A DNA stretch of 59,906 nucleotides from Clostridia bacterium (GTDB lineage: Bacteria > Bacillota > Clostridia > Oscillospirales > CAG-272): positions 1-59,906 of the forward strand of contig JAFTCY010000127.1 of assembly GCA_017454465.1 (NCBI GenBank). The letters run 5' to 3'. This document shows positions 18,211 through 29,100 of this stretch, in pieces. The notes under the pieces are model-generated. The model saw only the letters and a program-made list of their open reading frames with translations, ran no database searches and was not told where the DNA came from. The stretch's first letter is position 1; each line of letters opens with the position of its first letter. A program made the translations under genes and the position numbers.

Positions 18211-18514
18211 AACTTTACTCCCTTTCTCTCAGTCTGAGACTTGAATAATTATGCAGAAATTCAACGAGACAATTATATATTCGAAAAAGCGATTTGTCAA
18301 TGTAATATATTTACGAAAAATAAGCCAAAAACGCAAGAAAAATCGAGGGACGGGATGACGCCGGGAAGGAATCTGCAGGCGTGGCAGAGAGCGGTTTTGT
18401 GCAAGTTGTATATGTGTAGAAAATCGATTTGGATTTTTGTGCGATATGCACAAAGAGTGTGCGTGTTTTCTGTCAAAAAAGCAGAGGAAAAAGAGCTCCC
18501 GAGCCAGAGGGAAA

Positions 18515-18531
18515 GGTAATTATAAATTACT
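18515..18531. promoter_or_regulatory. Candidate operator, inverted repeat GGTAAT-N5-ATTACT
   Basis: 5 of 6 arm positions pair. It shares the motif and the AAA 5' flank with the site at 18597. Confidence 0.35.
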
Positions 18532-18596
18532 TATTGCGAGCGGAGCCGATGCTTTCCGAAATGTGGCACAGGCTCTTACAAAATAAGGAATTCAAA

Positions 18597-18613
18597 GGTA
18601 ATTTATGATTACC
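18597..18613. promoter_or_regulatory. Candidate operator, perfect inverted repeat GGTAAT-N5-ATTACC
   Basis: Perfect 6-bp arms with a 5-nt spacer. Its centre lies 82 bp from the 18515 site. Confidence 0.35.
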
Positions 18614-18770
18614 CGGCGTAAATGAGAAATAACAAGTCCGTGACAATGCTGCGCGTGATATCCGGCGGTTTGAAACCCGTTGCACGGATCTGTCAAAAAA
18701 CTGTGAAAAAAAAGGCCGGAAAACATACGTTTTTCATCCCTTCAAAATGCCTTGAAAACCATTGATTTTC

Positions 18771-18799
18771 TTGACATTGCGGGGGTTGTGTGCTATCAT
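18771..18799 (+). promoter_or_regulatory. Sigma-A promoter of the carbohydrate-uptake locus
   Basis: TTGACA (18771-18776), a 17-nt spacer ending in TGC, then TATCAT (18794-18799). The leader to ATG 18937 is about 130 nt. Confidence 0.6.
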
Positions 18800-18936
18800 T
18801 AGTCGTATGATGGCGTAAAAAATAGTTTCCTGCAAAAAACGGATGCCGGAGACAGATCCGGCGCCCCTCGCAAGGTGTCAGATTTACGCAAAAACGACAT
18901 AGAAAAAGGCCTTTTCATACCAGGAGGAAAGACAAA

Positions 18937-21900
18937 ATGAGAAAACCCGTTGGTAAACGATTGCTCAGCCTCGGCCTGGCAGCAATCATATGCCTGACCT
19001 CGCTTCCGCTGATAGTTTCCGCGGCGGGCTCAGATGAGTCCGGAGGGAAAACCACTCCGGAGAATCAGAAAGCAACGCTGCAGGAAGTAACGGATGCACT
19101 GAAGACGAAGTCATATAACGAGTACGTCGCTCTCTACGGAGGTGTCGGAAAGGGAACCGAGGATATCACCATACCCGCGGTCCAGTATGACAGATCCCTT
19201 ACGACCGCTGCCGTTTCGGTGGAAACGGATTACAACGGCAGAACAGGGAAGTCGCTTAGAATCGGAGACGATGGAATCGTGACATGGAAAGTTACGGTAC
19301 CGGAAGACGGTCTGTACGCGATCGATATCGATTACTGCCCGGTCACACAAAAGACAAACTCGGTGGAGAAGACTCTCTACATAAACGGCTCCGTTCCGTT
19401 TGCTGAGGTCCGTGACCTTATCATGAAGAAGTCATGGATTCACGAATATGCGGAGAACGGAAGGTTTGAGATGGACTCTTCCGGGAACGAGTTGCGACCC
19501 AAGTCAACGGTCCTTTACGAGTGGGCGACCTATACGGTGAACGATCCTAACGGATATTTTCCGAATCCTTTCCAGATCTTCCTGAAAGCGGGGGAGAATA
19601 CGATCGGACTGGGCGCGGTCAGAGAGGAATCCGTCATCGGAGGACTCAGGATATATCCGTACAAGGACAAGATATCCTATACGTCGTATTCGGCAGGAAA
19701 GAGCGAGGCCGTGACGGAAGGCGTCATACATATCAATGCCGAGACTCCGTCAAAGGTTTCAGATTACACGATATATCCGGTTTTTGACAGAAAATCCTCC
19801 ATGTCGGAGCCGCAGGATCCTGCGAAGATCCGGCTCAACTCAATAGGGGGAGAAAAATGGGTAACCCCCGGGCAGTGGGTCGAGTATGAGTTTGAGATCT
19901 CGACTGCCGGAATGTATGAGATCGTGTTCAGATACCGCCAGAACGAGCTGACCGGAATGTACACCTCGAGAAGGATCTACATCGACGGTGAAGTTCCGTT
20001 TGAGGAAGCGAACTATATTAAGTTCAATTACAACACCAACTGGCAGGTCGAGGCCGCCAACGACGGTGCGGACACGTTCCAGTTCTGGCTGGAGCCGGGC
20101 AAACATACACTTAGACTTGAAATAACGCTGGGCGAAATGGGCACTGTCGTGGGCACAGTCTCAAAGGTGCTCAGCTCCCTTAACAAAGACTATCTGGAAG
20201 TTATCAAGCTTACAGGCGCAGTCCCCGATGAGTACAGAGACTACGGTTTCGGAAGAGTCCTTCCGGATGTTGTCAGGGATTTTGTCATACAGGGACAGGT
20301 CCTTAAAGATGTTGTAAGCTATGTCGAGAACATGGCAGACATAAAATCGGAAAACTCAGCGACCATCGATGAGATACAGAGACTCCTCATGAAGATGGGA
20401 ACAGACGAGGAACAGATCGCGAAAAACATAGGTGACCTGAAGTCAAATGTCGGTACCCTCGGTGAGTGGATAAACAACGTAAAAAAACAGCCGCTTGAAA
20501 TAGACTGGATAAACATCCAGCCCGCTTCCGCGGAAAAACCAAAGGCCGAAGCAAACTTCTTCCAGTCTCTCTGGTATGAGATACAGCAGTTCTTTGCCAC
20601 ATTCTTCAATGACTATAACTCTCTGGGCGCTTCAGGCTCAAGGGAGGTTGAAGAAAAGGAAAAAGAGATAGAAGTCTGGGTGACCACAGGACGTGATCAG
20701 GCCCAGATCATCAGAAACCTGATCGATAACGACTTCGGCCCGCAAAGCAACATAGAAGCGTCCCTGAAACTCGTGGCCGGAGGTACACTTCTTCCATCCG
20801 TCCTTGCGGGCATCGGACCTGAGGTCGCACTGCCCGGAACAGGAGCAGACCCGATCCAGTATGCCATAAGGTCAGCCGTTCATGCGGTCAACCCTGAAGC
20901 ATACGAAGATAAGCCCGATGACGATGAAGAGACAAAGGCCCGCAATGCCGAGATGCGGGAAATATTCTCCAACTTCGACGAGGTAACTTCGAGATTCACT
21001 CCTGCAGCCCTGATACCCATGACGCTGTACGGCAAGACCTACGGCCTGCCCGATACCCAGACATGGGACATGATGTTCTACAGAACAGATATCATTACGA
21101 ACCTCGGATTTGAGATTCCCAAAACCTGGGATGAGCTTCTGGCTATGATCCCGGTGCTACAGTTCAACAACATGGACATCGGGCTTCCCAACAACTATAA
21201 GATGTTCCTCTATCAGATGGGAGGAGATCTGTGGGCTGATGACGGAATGAGGATCAACCTCGACGCAAACCTTTCACTTGAATCTTTCGAGTCCATGTGC
21301 AACATGTTCACACAGTACTCGCTGCCAGTGACATACGATGCGGTCAACAGGTTCAGGTCAGGCGAGATGCCGCTCTTCATCGGAGGCTACACCACATATA
21401 ACAACATCATCATCTTCGCAACCGAGATTGCAGGTCTCTGGGAGTTCGGACCGATACCCGGCTTCGAAAAGGAAGATGGAACGATAGACAATACATCGGT
21501 CACTACATCCAGCGCGCTGGTCATGATGTCAGGCGCGGACGATATAGAGTCTGCATGGAAATTCATGGACTGGTATACCGATACAAGATTCCAGGTCGAC
21601 TATTCCAATGAGCTGGTTGCGATCCTGGGCGATGCTGCAAAGAATGCCACAGCGAACATAGAAGCCTTGGAAGAGCTTCCCTGGACATCCAGAGAATACG
21701 CCCAGCTGATGAAACAGAAAGACCACACGACGGCGATCATCCAGTATCCCGGAACATACATCATTGACCGTTATACCGGATTCGCATTTGCTGATGCCTA
21801 TAACAACCATGCCGATCCAGTCCAGTCTCTGCTGGGTCACATCAACGCGATCAACAAGGAGATAACCAGAAAGAGGACCGAGTTCGACCTTGAAACTCTG

Positions 21901-22149
21901 GAAGTCGGCCAGACTCTGGCATCAAAGAGACTTTCGCAGGCCGAGGAAGCGATAGGACAGCTTGAATCTGATTCAGCATCGCATCCTGCGGTGGCAAAGG
22001 CAAAAGCTGCAATTGAGAGCAAAGACATCGAAGCGCTGCGGGAAGCCGCAGAAGAGCTGAAGTCGGTCGGCAACAGCTCAACGGATATGATATCCGGATA
22101 TCTCGCAGATGCGGCAGATGCCCTGGAATCCTACCTCGCTCATAAATAA
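18937..22149 (+). CDS. Giant extracellular solute-binding protein (family 1 core) with N-terminal CBM-like beta-sandwich domains
   Basis: Sec signal MRKPVGKRLLSLGLAAIICLTSLPLIVSAAG. Two CBM-like repeats (WKVTVPEDGLYAIDIDY; WVEYEFEISTAGMYEIVFRYRQ). SBP core EIEVWVTTGRDQAQIIRNLIDNDF...MMFYRTDI. Helical C-terminal tail. AGGAGG RBS. Confidence 0.7.
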   Translation: MRKPVGKRLLSLGLAAIICLTSLPLIVSAAGSDESGGKTTPENQKATLQEVTDALKTKSYNEYVALYGGVGKGTEDITIPAVQYDRSLTTAAVSVETDYNGRTGKSLRIGDDGIVTWKVTVPEDGLYAIDIDYCPVTQKTNSVEKTLYINGSVPFAEVRDLIMKKSWIHEYAENGRFEMDSSGNELRPKSTVLYEWATYTVNDPNGYFPNPFQIFLKAGENTIGLGAVREESVIGGLRIYPYKDKISYTSYSAGKSEAVTEGVIHINAETPSKVSDYTIYPVFDRKSSMSEPQDPAKIRLNSIGGEKWVTPGQWVEYEFEISTAGMYEIVFRYRQNELTGMYTSRRIYIDGEVPFEEANYIKFNYNTNWQVEAANDGADTFQFWLEPGKHTLRLEITLGEMGTVVGTVSKVLSSLNKDYLEVIKLTGAVPDEYRDYGFGRVLPDVVRDFVIQGQVLKDVVSYVENMADIKSENSATIDEIQRLLMKMGTDEEQIAKNIGDLKSNVGTLGEWINNVKKQPLEIDWINIQPASAEKPKAEANFFQSLWYEIQQFFATFFNDYNSLGASGSREVEEKEKEIEVWVTTGRDQAQIIRNLIDNDFGPQSNIEASLKLVAGGTLLPSVLAGIGPEVALPGTGADPIQYAIRSAVHAVNPEAYEDKPDDDEETKARNAEMREIFSNFDEVTSRFTPAALIPMTLYGKTYGLPDTQTWDMMFYRTDIITNLGFEIPKTWDELLAMIPVLQFNNMDIGLPNNYKMFLYQMGGDLWADDGMRINLDANLSLESFESMCNMFTQYSLPVTYDAVNRFRSGEMPLFIGGYTTYNNIIIFATEIAGLWEFGPIPGFEKEDGTIDNTSVTTSSALVMMSGADDIESAWKFMDWYTDTRFQVDYSNELVAILGDAAKNATANIEALEELPWTSREYAQLMKQKDHTTAIIQYPGTYIIDRYTGFAFADAYNNHADPVQSLLGHINAINKEITRKRTEFDLETLEVGQTLASKRLSQAEEAIGQLESDSASHPAVAKAKAAIESKDIEALREAAEELKSVGNSSTDMISGYLADAADALESYLAHK

Positions 22150-22175
22150 GGCGCGTCTTGATGAAGGAGAAAAAC

Positions 22176-23120
22176 ATGTCGAAAAATACGGAAAAAAAGG
22201 TGAAAACCCGCCGTGAAATGACTAAGGCGCAGTGGACATGGTTTTTGGTGAGAAGGAACAAGATGGCTTACTTCATGGTTGCTCCATTCATGATCCTGTT
22301 CTTCCTGTTCACCATAGTCCCGGTTTTCCTTTCTTTATTACTGAGTTTTACCTCATTTAACATGCTGGAGCCTCCGAAGTTTATTTTCATGGACAACTAT
22401 ATCACGTTGTTCCTTGACGATGATCTTTTCCTTACGGCATTGAAAAACACGCTTATATTTGCTGTAATAGTAGGCCCGGCTTCCTACATTATTTCTTTCG
22501 CCGTGGCGTGGTTCCTCAATGAGCTCTCTCCGAGAGTCCGCGCGGTGGCGACGCTGGTGTTCTACGCGCCCTCTATTTCAGGAAACGTTTACCTGATCTG
22601 GGCAACAATGTTCTCAGGCGACGCATACGGATACGTCAACGGAGTTCTGCTGAAGCTTGGGCTTATTGATACGCCGATCCTCTGGTTTACGAATACCAAG
22701 TACATCATGCCGCTGTGTATCATGGTGGCTCTGTGGACATCGCTCGGTACTTCGTTCCTGTCATTCATAGCAGGTCTTCAGGGCATCGACAAGAGTCTGT
22801 TTGAAGCCGGATCCATAGACGGCGTGCGCAACAGGTGGCAGGAACTGTGGTACATTACCTTGCCTTCCATGAAACCGCAGCTGATGTTCGGTGCAATCAT
22901 GTCCATCACCGGATCCTTCGGCTTCGGCGGTATAGTTTCAGCGCTGGCGGGCAACCCGCCTACGGACTACGTAGGATACACATTATCTCACCATTTGAGC
23001 GAATATCAGGGCAACCGATGGGAAGTCGGGTATGCTTCGGCGATAACGTTCCTGATGTTCTTGTTGATGATAGGTGCCAACCTGTTGGTGACCAAATTGA
23101 TTTCTAAGTTGGGTGAGTGA
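22176..23120 (+). CDS. Carbohydrate ABC transporter permease (MalF-like)
   Basis: Six TM segments and an EAA loop (LFEAGSIDGVRNRWQELWYITLPSMKP). The start is set at ATG 22176, 6 nt after AAGGAG. Confidence 0.85.
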   Translation: MSKNTEKKVKTRREMTKAQWTWFLVRRNKMAYFMVAPFMILFFLFTIVPVFLSLLLSFTSFNMLEPPKFIFMDNYITLFLDDDLFLTALKNTLIFAVIVGPASYIISFAVAWFLNELSPRVRAVATLVFYAPSISGNVYLIWATMFSGDAYGYVNGVLLKLGLIDTPILWFTNTKYIMPLCIMVALWTSLGTSFLSFIAGLQGIDKSLFEAGSIDGVRNRWQELWYITLPSMKPQLMFGAIMSITGSFGFGGIVSALAGNPPTDYVGYTLSHHLSEYQGNRWEVGYASAITFLMFLLMIGANLLVTKLISKLGE

Positions 23121-23122
23121 GC

Positions 23123-23995
23123 ATGAAAAGATTAAGAACCAGACGTCATGAAGTCGTACTCAACCGTTCAGCGGGAGGCGACGTCGGAATTACTGTATTG
23201 CTCGCGATACTCGGTGTATTCATGTTCATTCCCATGTACTACACGGTTATTCAGTCTCTGAAGCCGCTGAATGAACTGTTCTACTTCCCCCCGAGATTTT
23301 ATGTCGTGCATCCAACGCTGGACAATTTCGGAAACCTTTTCAACCTGATGAGTGATTCCTGGGTGCCGTTCTCAAGGTACATCTTCAATACGGTGCTCAT
23401 ATCAGTCGGAGGAACTTTCGGAAACCTGGTATTATCTTCGATTTGCGCTTATGCTCTCGCGAAGATCGATTTCCCGGGCGGTAAGCAGTGCTTCTGGATC
23501 ATACAGAAGTCCCTCATGTTCTCAGCGACTGTAGGAAGCATTATCAAGTTTATCATCCTCACGTGGCTGGGATGGATAGATACTTATCTTGCCGTGATCG
23601 TGCCCGCGTGGTGCTCGACACTGGGACTTTATCTGATGAAACAGTTCATGGAGTCGAACGTTTCCACCGCGATCCTGGAATCTGCGCGGCTTGACGGCGC
23701 GTCCGAGTTCCGGACATTCTGGTCTATAGCCATGCCGATGGTCAAGCCCGCATGGCTGACCCTGATAATCTTCTCGTTCCAGGGATTGTGGCAGATGGGT
23801 TCATCAGAATATATTTATTCGGAACAGTTAAAAACACTGAACTATGCTATCGGACAGATCACTGCAGCCGGAATAACCAGAGCCGGTGCTTCCGCAGCCG
23901 CGACAGTGGTCATGATGGTGGTGCCTATCATCGTATTCGTGATCTCTCAATCCAATATCATTGAGACCATGGGTTCGAGCGGTATGAAGGACTAA
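23123..23995 (+). CDS. Carbohydrate ABC transporter permease (MalG-like)
   Basis: EAA loop ILESARLDGASEFRTFWSIAMPMVKP. ATG 23123, with an alternative GTG at 23117 that overlaps the upstream stop. Confidence 0.85.
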   Translation: MKRLRTRRHEVVLNRSAGGDVGITVLLAILGVFMFIPMYYTVIQSLKPLNELFYFPPRFYVVHPTLDNFGNLFNLMSDSWVPFSRYIFNTVLISVGGTFGNLVLSSICAYALAKIDFPGGKQCFWIIQKSLMFSATVGSIIKFIILTWLGWIDTYLAVIVPAWCSTLGLYLMKQFMESNVSTAILESARLDGASEFRTFWSIAMPMVKPAWLTLIIFSFQGLWQMGSSEYIYSEQLKTLNYAIGQITAAGITRAGASAAATVVMMVVPIIVFVISQSNIIETMGSSGMKD

Positions 23996-24010
23996 GGGAG
24001 GGACGTTATT

Positions 24011-26149
24011 ATGAAGAAACTGTCTTCAGCGATTGCTATCACTCTTATCCTTCTCATGATCCTGCCTGTCGCTACTCTGGCGAACGTTCCGTATGCTACA
24101 TATACCTACTCATCCAGGGGCCAGATCCTTTCGTCTCCGGACGCGTATGTCCCGGATATGGTAGTTGATTCGGCATATATGGGGCTGGCGTATGAGCTGA
24201 GTTCGGATATGAGAGACCTGTTTGTAGGGCCGGACGAAAAAGTGTATATCGCCGATGCCACCCTCGGAAGAGTCCTGGTTCTCGACAAGTATTTCAAGCT
24301 TCAGCACGAGCTGGGCGGATTTGTCAATGAACAAGGTGTTCCGGATTCGTTCAGGAACCCGTCGGGAGTATTCGTTGACGATTACAACATTTACGTCTGT
24401 GATACAGACAACAACAGGATCGTAATGTTCGACCTTGACTGCAACTTTGTGAAGATAATCCCTCAGCCGGTATCCAGTTACTTTGAGGAAGGCGATATTT
24501 ACAAACCGATCGCCTGCGTTGCTGATGATTACGGACGTCTCTTCGTCGTGTCGTCAACGACATACCAGGGCGTGATCGTTATCAATACCGACGGAGACTT
24601 TTTCGGATTCATCGGAGCGGCCAAAGTCGAAGTGTCACCTCTCCAGCTCCTCTGGAGGAGATTCCAGACCAAGGAACAGAGAGAGATGATGCAGGACTAC
24701 GTACCTACTGAATTCAACAATATAACCATAGACGACCAGAACTTCATTTACGTTACAACATCATCGATAGAGGTATCGGTCGCAGCCGGAGACACATCCG
24801 GAGACCATGCTCCCGTAAAAAAGCTTAACGCTTCAGGTATAGATGTCATGGCCAGAAACGGCTTCTTCCCGCCTTCCGGCGAGATCATGACGGAGCCGCT
24901 GTTCGCGATGACCGTGGACGATGATACGATAGTGGGAGCTTCCAAGGTTGTGGATGTGGCAATGGGTCCTGAAGGGACTTGGTCCATAATAGACGAAAAG
25001 CGGTCAAAGGTATACACCTACGACTCAAACGGCAGCCTTCTGTTCGCTTTCGGCGACAAAAACGGCTCACAGATGGGCAATATAGACAGTATAAGGGCTG
25101 TTGCTTACCAGGGGTCGAATATCCTGTGCCTGGACAAAACGAACAGAAACATTGTGGTGTTCAGGAGAACTGAATACGCTGATCTTCTCATCAGTGCTCT
25201 CCAGCATAACAACGAGAGAATGTACGATGTCACGATCGACGACTGGAAAGAGATCCTGAAAAGAAACAACAACTTTGACGAAGCGTATGTAAATATAGGT
25301 AAGTCTCTGCTCCGCCAGGGCAAATACGAAGAGTCGATGGAGTATTTCAAAGCGGCAAAGGAGACAAAGAGTTACTCCGAGGCTTACAAGGAGATCCGTA
25401 AATCCTGGGCTGACAAGTTCTTCTGGATCATTCCTATAGTGATCGTAGTCGCGGTTTTCCTTATAGCGAAGTTCTTCGGATATGCAGGGAAGGTGAACAA
25501 GAGGACCGCCCTGAAAGTAGGAAGAAAGAGCCTGAAAGAAGAACTGCTCTATGCCTTCCATGTCATATTCCATCCCTTTGACGGGTTCTGGGATCTGAAG
25601 CATGAAAAGAGGGGCTCCATCCGGAGTGCGTTCATTATCCTGCTCATAACGATCATGGTGTACTTCTACAACACGATCGGAGGAGGCTACATCTTCAACC
25701 CGAGACCAAACGCGACATTCAACCTTCTTGGCGCGATCACCGCTGTTCTGGTGCCGCTGCTTCTCTGGGTGGTAGCAAACTGGTGTCTGACTACCCTGTT
25801 TGAAGGCGAAGGAAGCATGAAGGACATTTTCGTCGCAACATGCTACTGCCTGACTCCCATACCGCTCCTTATGCTTCCGGCGACGATAGCGTCGAACTTC
25901 CTGGCAGCTGAGGAGGCAGGTATCATTTCCCTTCTTGTTACGATAGGATTTGTGTGGGCGGGTCTCCTGCTGTTCCTGGCCACGATGACAACGCACAACT
26001 ATACGATAGGCAAGAACATACTGACATGTATCGCAACGATAGTGGGTATGGCGTTCCTTATGTTCATGGGACTGCTCTTCTCCAGTCTCGTCGGCAAGAT
26101 AGTAAGCTTCGTCACCAATATCATTGACGAGATTTCCTACAGAATGTAG
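24011..26149 (+). CDS. Signal peptide + NHL-repeat beta-propeller + TPR-like segment + C-terminal Yip1-type multi-TM domain protein
   Basis: NHL-like blades (VYIADATLGRVLVLD, IYVCDTDNNRIVMFD, LFVVSSTTYQGVIVIN), a YVNIGKSLLRQGKYEESMEYFKAAKE helix pair, then 5-6 TM helices resembling Yip1. GGGAGGG RBS. Confidence 0.55.
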   Translation: MKKLSSAIAITLILLMILPVATLANVPYATYTYSSRGQILSSPDAYVPDMVVDSAYMGLAYELSSDMRDLFVGPDEKVYIADATLGRVLVLDKYFKLQHELGGFVNEQGVPDSFRNPSGVFVDDYNIYVCDTDNNRIVMFDLDCNFVKIIPQPVSSYFEEGDIYKPIACVADDYGRLFVVSSTTYQGVIVINTDGDFFGFIGAAKVEVSPLQLLWRRFQTKEQREMMQDYVPTEFNNITIDDQNFIYVTTSSIEVSVAAGDTSGDHAPVKKLNASGIDVMARNGFFPPSGEIMTEPLFAMTVDDDTIVGASKVVDVAMGPEGTWSIIDEKRSKVYTYDSNGSLLFAFGDKNGSQMGNIDSIRAVAYQGSNILCLDKTNRNIVVFRRTEYADLLISALQHNNERMYDVTIDDWKEILKRNNNFDEAYVNIGKSLLRQGKYEESMEYFKAAKETKSYSEAYKEIRKSWADKFFWIIPIVIVVAVFLIAKFFGYAGKVNKRTALKVGRKSLKEELLYAFHVIFHPFDGFWDLKHEKRGSIRSAFIILLITIMVYFYNTIGGGYIFNPRPNATFNLLGAITAVLVPLLLWVVANWCLTTLFEGEGSMKDIFVATCYCLTPIPLLMLPATIASNFLAAEEAGIISLLVTIGFVWAGLLLFLATMTTHNYTIGKNILTCIATIVGMAFLMFMGLLFSSLVGKIVSFVTNIIDEISYRM

Positions 26150-26168
26150 CAGAGAGGAGGATGAAGAT

Positions 26169-29100
26169 ATGAAATTCAAAAAGATTTTATCAGCATTCCT
26201 GACTCTTGTTATGATATGTGGGATCTTTACCTGGCTTCCGACCGGTGTTTCGGCTGCGTATGCCGACAAGGTCGATGAAGACGGAAACCCGCTTATCAAC
26301 TACATGACACGTTATTATGAGAATGCGGATGACAAGCTAACGGATATGGTGCTTGTCAGGGAAGCATACGGGTACGAACTGTGGTATGAAGAGTTCACGG
26401 GAGAAATTGCGGTCCGGGTCAAATCCACCGGCCAGACATATTTCTCCAATCCGTATGACGTGGCTTACAACGACTATTTTATGGCGACCAAGACGAAGCA
26501 GCAGCTTCTGTCCCAGCTGATAATCACTTACCTTGACAACGGTGTCGAGAAGACGATGAACAGCTACGTCGAAGCGGCGCTCAGAAACCAGATCGTCATG
26601 AAACCGATAAAGAACGGTATCAGAGTCGAGTATACGATAGGTGAGGAAGCAGTAACGAGACTTGTACCGAGGGTTATCGAAAAATCACGTTTCGAGTCGC
26701 TGATCCTAAGCAACATTACAAACGACTGGGACAGGAACAAACTGATCTCCTATTACGATTACAAAGACTCGAACGACCCGACGCTCACCGAGAAAATGGT
26801 CGCTTTGATGCAGGCTGCTTTCCCGATCACTCAGCAGATGGCTGTTTACGTATGTTCCGATACGATCGTTGCCCGTGAGTTGAAAGAGGCAGAAAACATC
26901 GTAAAGAAATACTGTCCGGAATATACATATGAAGAACTAGAATATGACCACGAACTGACGGGTTATGTGGGATCGGACGCGGCTCCGCCGAGATTCAGGA
27001 TGGCCATAGAGTACACCTTGAACGAGAACGGGCTTGAAGCCAGACTTCCCGCGAACGGCCTGCAGTTTGATGAGAGCGTATATCAGTTCAAGACAGTGAC
27101 GATGCTTCCGTACTTCGGAGCCGGCTCCAATTTGTTTACCGGTTATACGATGATACCAGACGGGTCCGGAGCTATAATAAGATTTGAGGACTTCATCAAC
27201 CAGAGCATAAACATAGCCGGCCAGCTCTACGGGCCCGACTATGCGTACCACGAGATAACCGGACAGCATTCTGAAGTCATGCGCACACCGGTCTACGGCG
27301 TTGTGACGAACGTGGGCGAATATTCGGATCCCCAGACAGATCTTCCCGAGATACCGAAGCATTCCGACGGCTTTCTTGCCATAATTTCGGAAGGCGATTC
27401 GCTGGCGACCCTGATGGCGACCTGCGGAGGAGCCGTCCATCCGTACAGTACGGTCTATCCGAGTTTTACTCCTAGACCTTCTGACCAGTACAACCTGGCG
27501 GACTCGATCTCGGTAAGCGGCAACGCCACATGGACCGTAACATCCAAGAGGAAGTATACAGAGTCATATAAGATCCAGTATATCTTCCTGACTGATGAGA
27601 AACTGGCTGAGAAGAACGGCGTGAAAGATTACTACACAGCAGACTGGGTAGGAATGGCCACGGCATACAGAGACTATCTGACAGCCAGAGGTGATCTCGT
27701 TAAAATGAACGACACCAAGGAAGATATTCCGCTGTATATAGAGACCTTCGGAGCTACAAAGACAACTGACAGGGTGCTTTCGTTCCCTGTTGAGAAGGAT
27801 CTTGCATTGACCAGCTTTGAAGACATCAAGACTATGTACCTTGACCTGAAAGAGCAGGGCATCAGTAACATAGGATTCAAGCTGACAGGATATGCCAACG
27901 GCGGTCTCGTATCAGGTATACCGTATAACCTGTCATGGGCAGACGTGACCGGAGGAGCTGACGGGTTCCGTGATCTGGTTCAGTATGCAAAGGACAATGA
28001 CATCGGGATCTATCCGGATTTCGATTTCGCATATGCGCAGAAGGATTCCCTGTTTGACGGGTTTACCCTCAAGAGTCATGCGATACGCACGATCGATGAC
28101 AGATATACCACGAAGAGGGAATACAATGCGGCTCTGCAGTTATTTACACAGACATTCAAGGTCGCTATTTCTCCGTCAGTTTATAGTTACATGTACGATG
28201 CCTTCGGACCCAAGTATGCCGAATACGGGAACAAGGCGATCTCGGTTTCATCCCTCGGAACGGATTTGAGTTCCGACTTTGACGAGGATGAACCGTACCA
28301 CCGCGAAGACAGCAAGGGATTCACGTCGGATCTTCTGGAAAAAATGAAGGAAGACGGAATGAGCATAATGGTCTCAGGCGGAAACGCTTACACGGTCAAA
28401 TATGCCGACGTGATCCTCGACGCTTCCCTTACCTCTTCAAAGTACACAAAGGCAAGCGAATCGATACCGTTTACCGGTCTTGTTTACCATGGTTCCAAGG
28501 TGTTCACAGGCCAGGCTATCAATATGCAGGGTGATATAAACGAAGGGATCCTGAATGCGATAGAGAACGGCGCAACGATCTATTTCCTGCTCTCGTACAA
28601 GAACACGAGCGTGCTCAAGGAAGATACAATGATGAGCCGGTACTACTCGGTCGACTACGGGATCTGGAAAGACGATATCGATGAATACTACAACATATTG
28701 AATGATGCCACAAAAGACCTTCAGTCCTCGTACATCATCGGGCATGAGTTCCTGGAAGCGGAACGAATCCCGGATGAGGAAGAGATCGCATTTGCCAAGT
28801 CCGAGAAAGAAAGAGAGTTCTACGTTGACCTGAACAACAGGATAACGAAGCTTGAGGAAAACCTCAGGACCGAAAGAAGAAAAGCGAGAATCGCGGTTCA
28901 GGAGGCAGGCGGAGTCTGGGATCCTTCCACGTTCACTTCAACAATCCCCGAGCAGATAGAAGAGCTCAAGAAAGAAAAGCCGAATCTTGATGATTTTGCC
29001 CTTATAAAAGAAGGCGAAATCAATGAACTGTATGCGACACAGAGAGGTTCGGTAGTTGCAGTTAAGTATGAAGGCGATGTATCCTTTATACTGAACTATA

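Noticed and set aside
18241-18519. A 92-aa plus-strand ORF in the glcK/uptake-locus intergenic region
   Set aside because: It has no RBS, a Cys/Lys/Arg-rich low-information translation, and an overlap with the first candidate operator palindrome. The region is more likely regulatory DNA.
25067-26299. A 410-aa minus-strand ORF
   Set aside because: It is antisense to the Yip1-domain C-terminus of the 24011..26149 gene, which has a strong RBS and coherent TM helices. The antisense translation has no motif and an odd composition.
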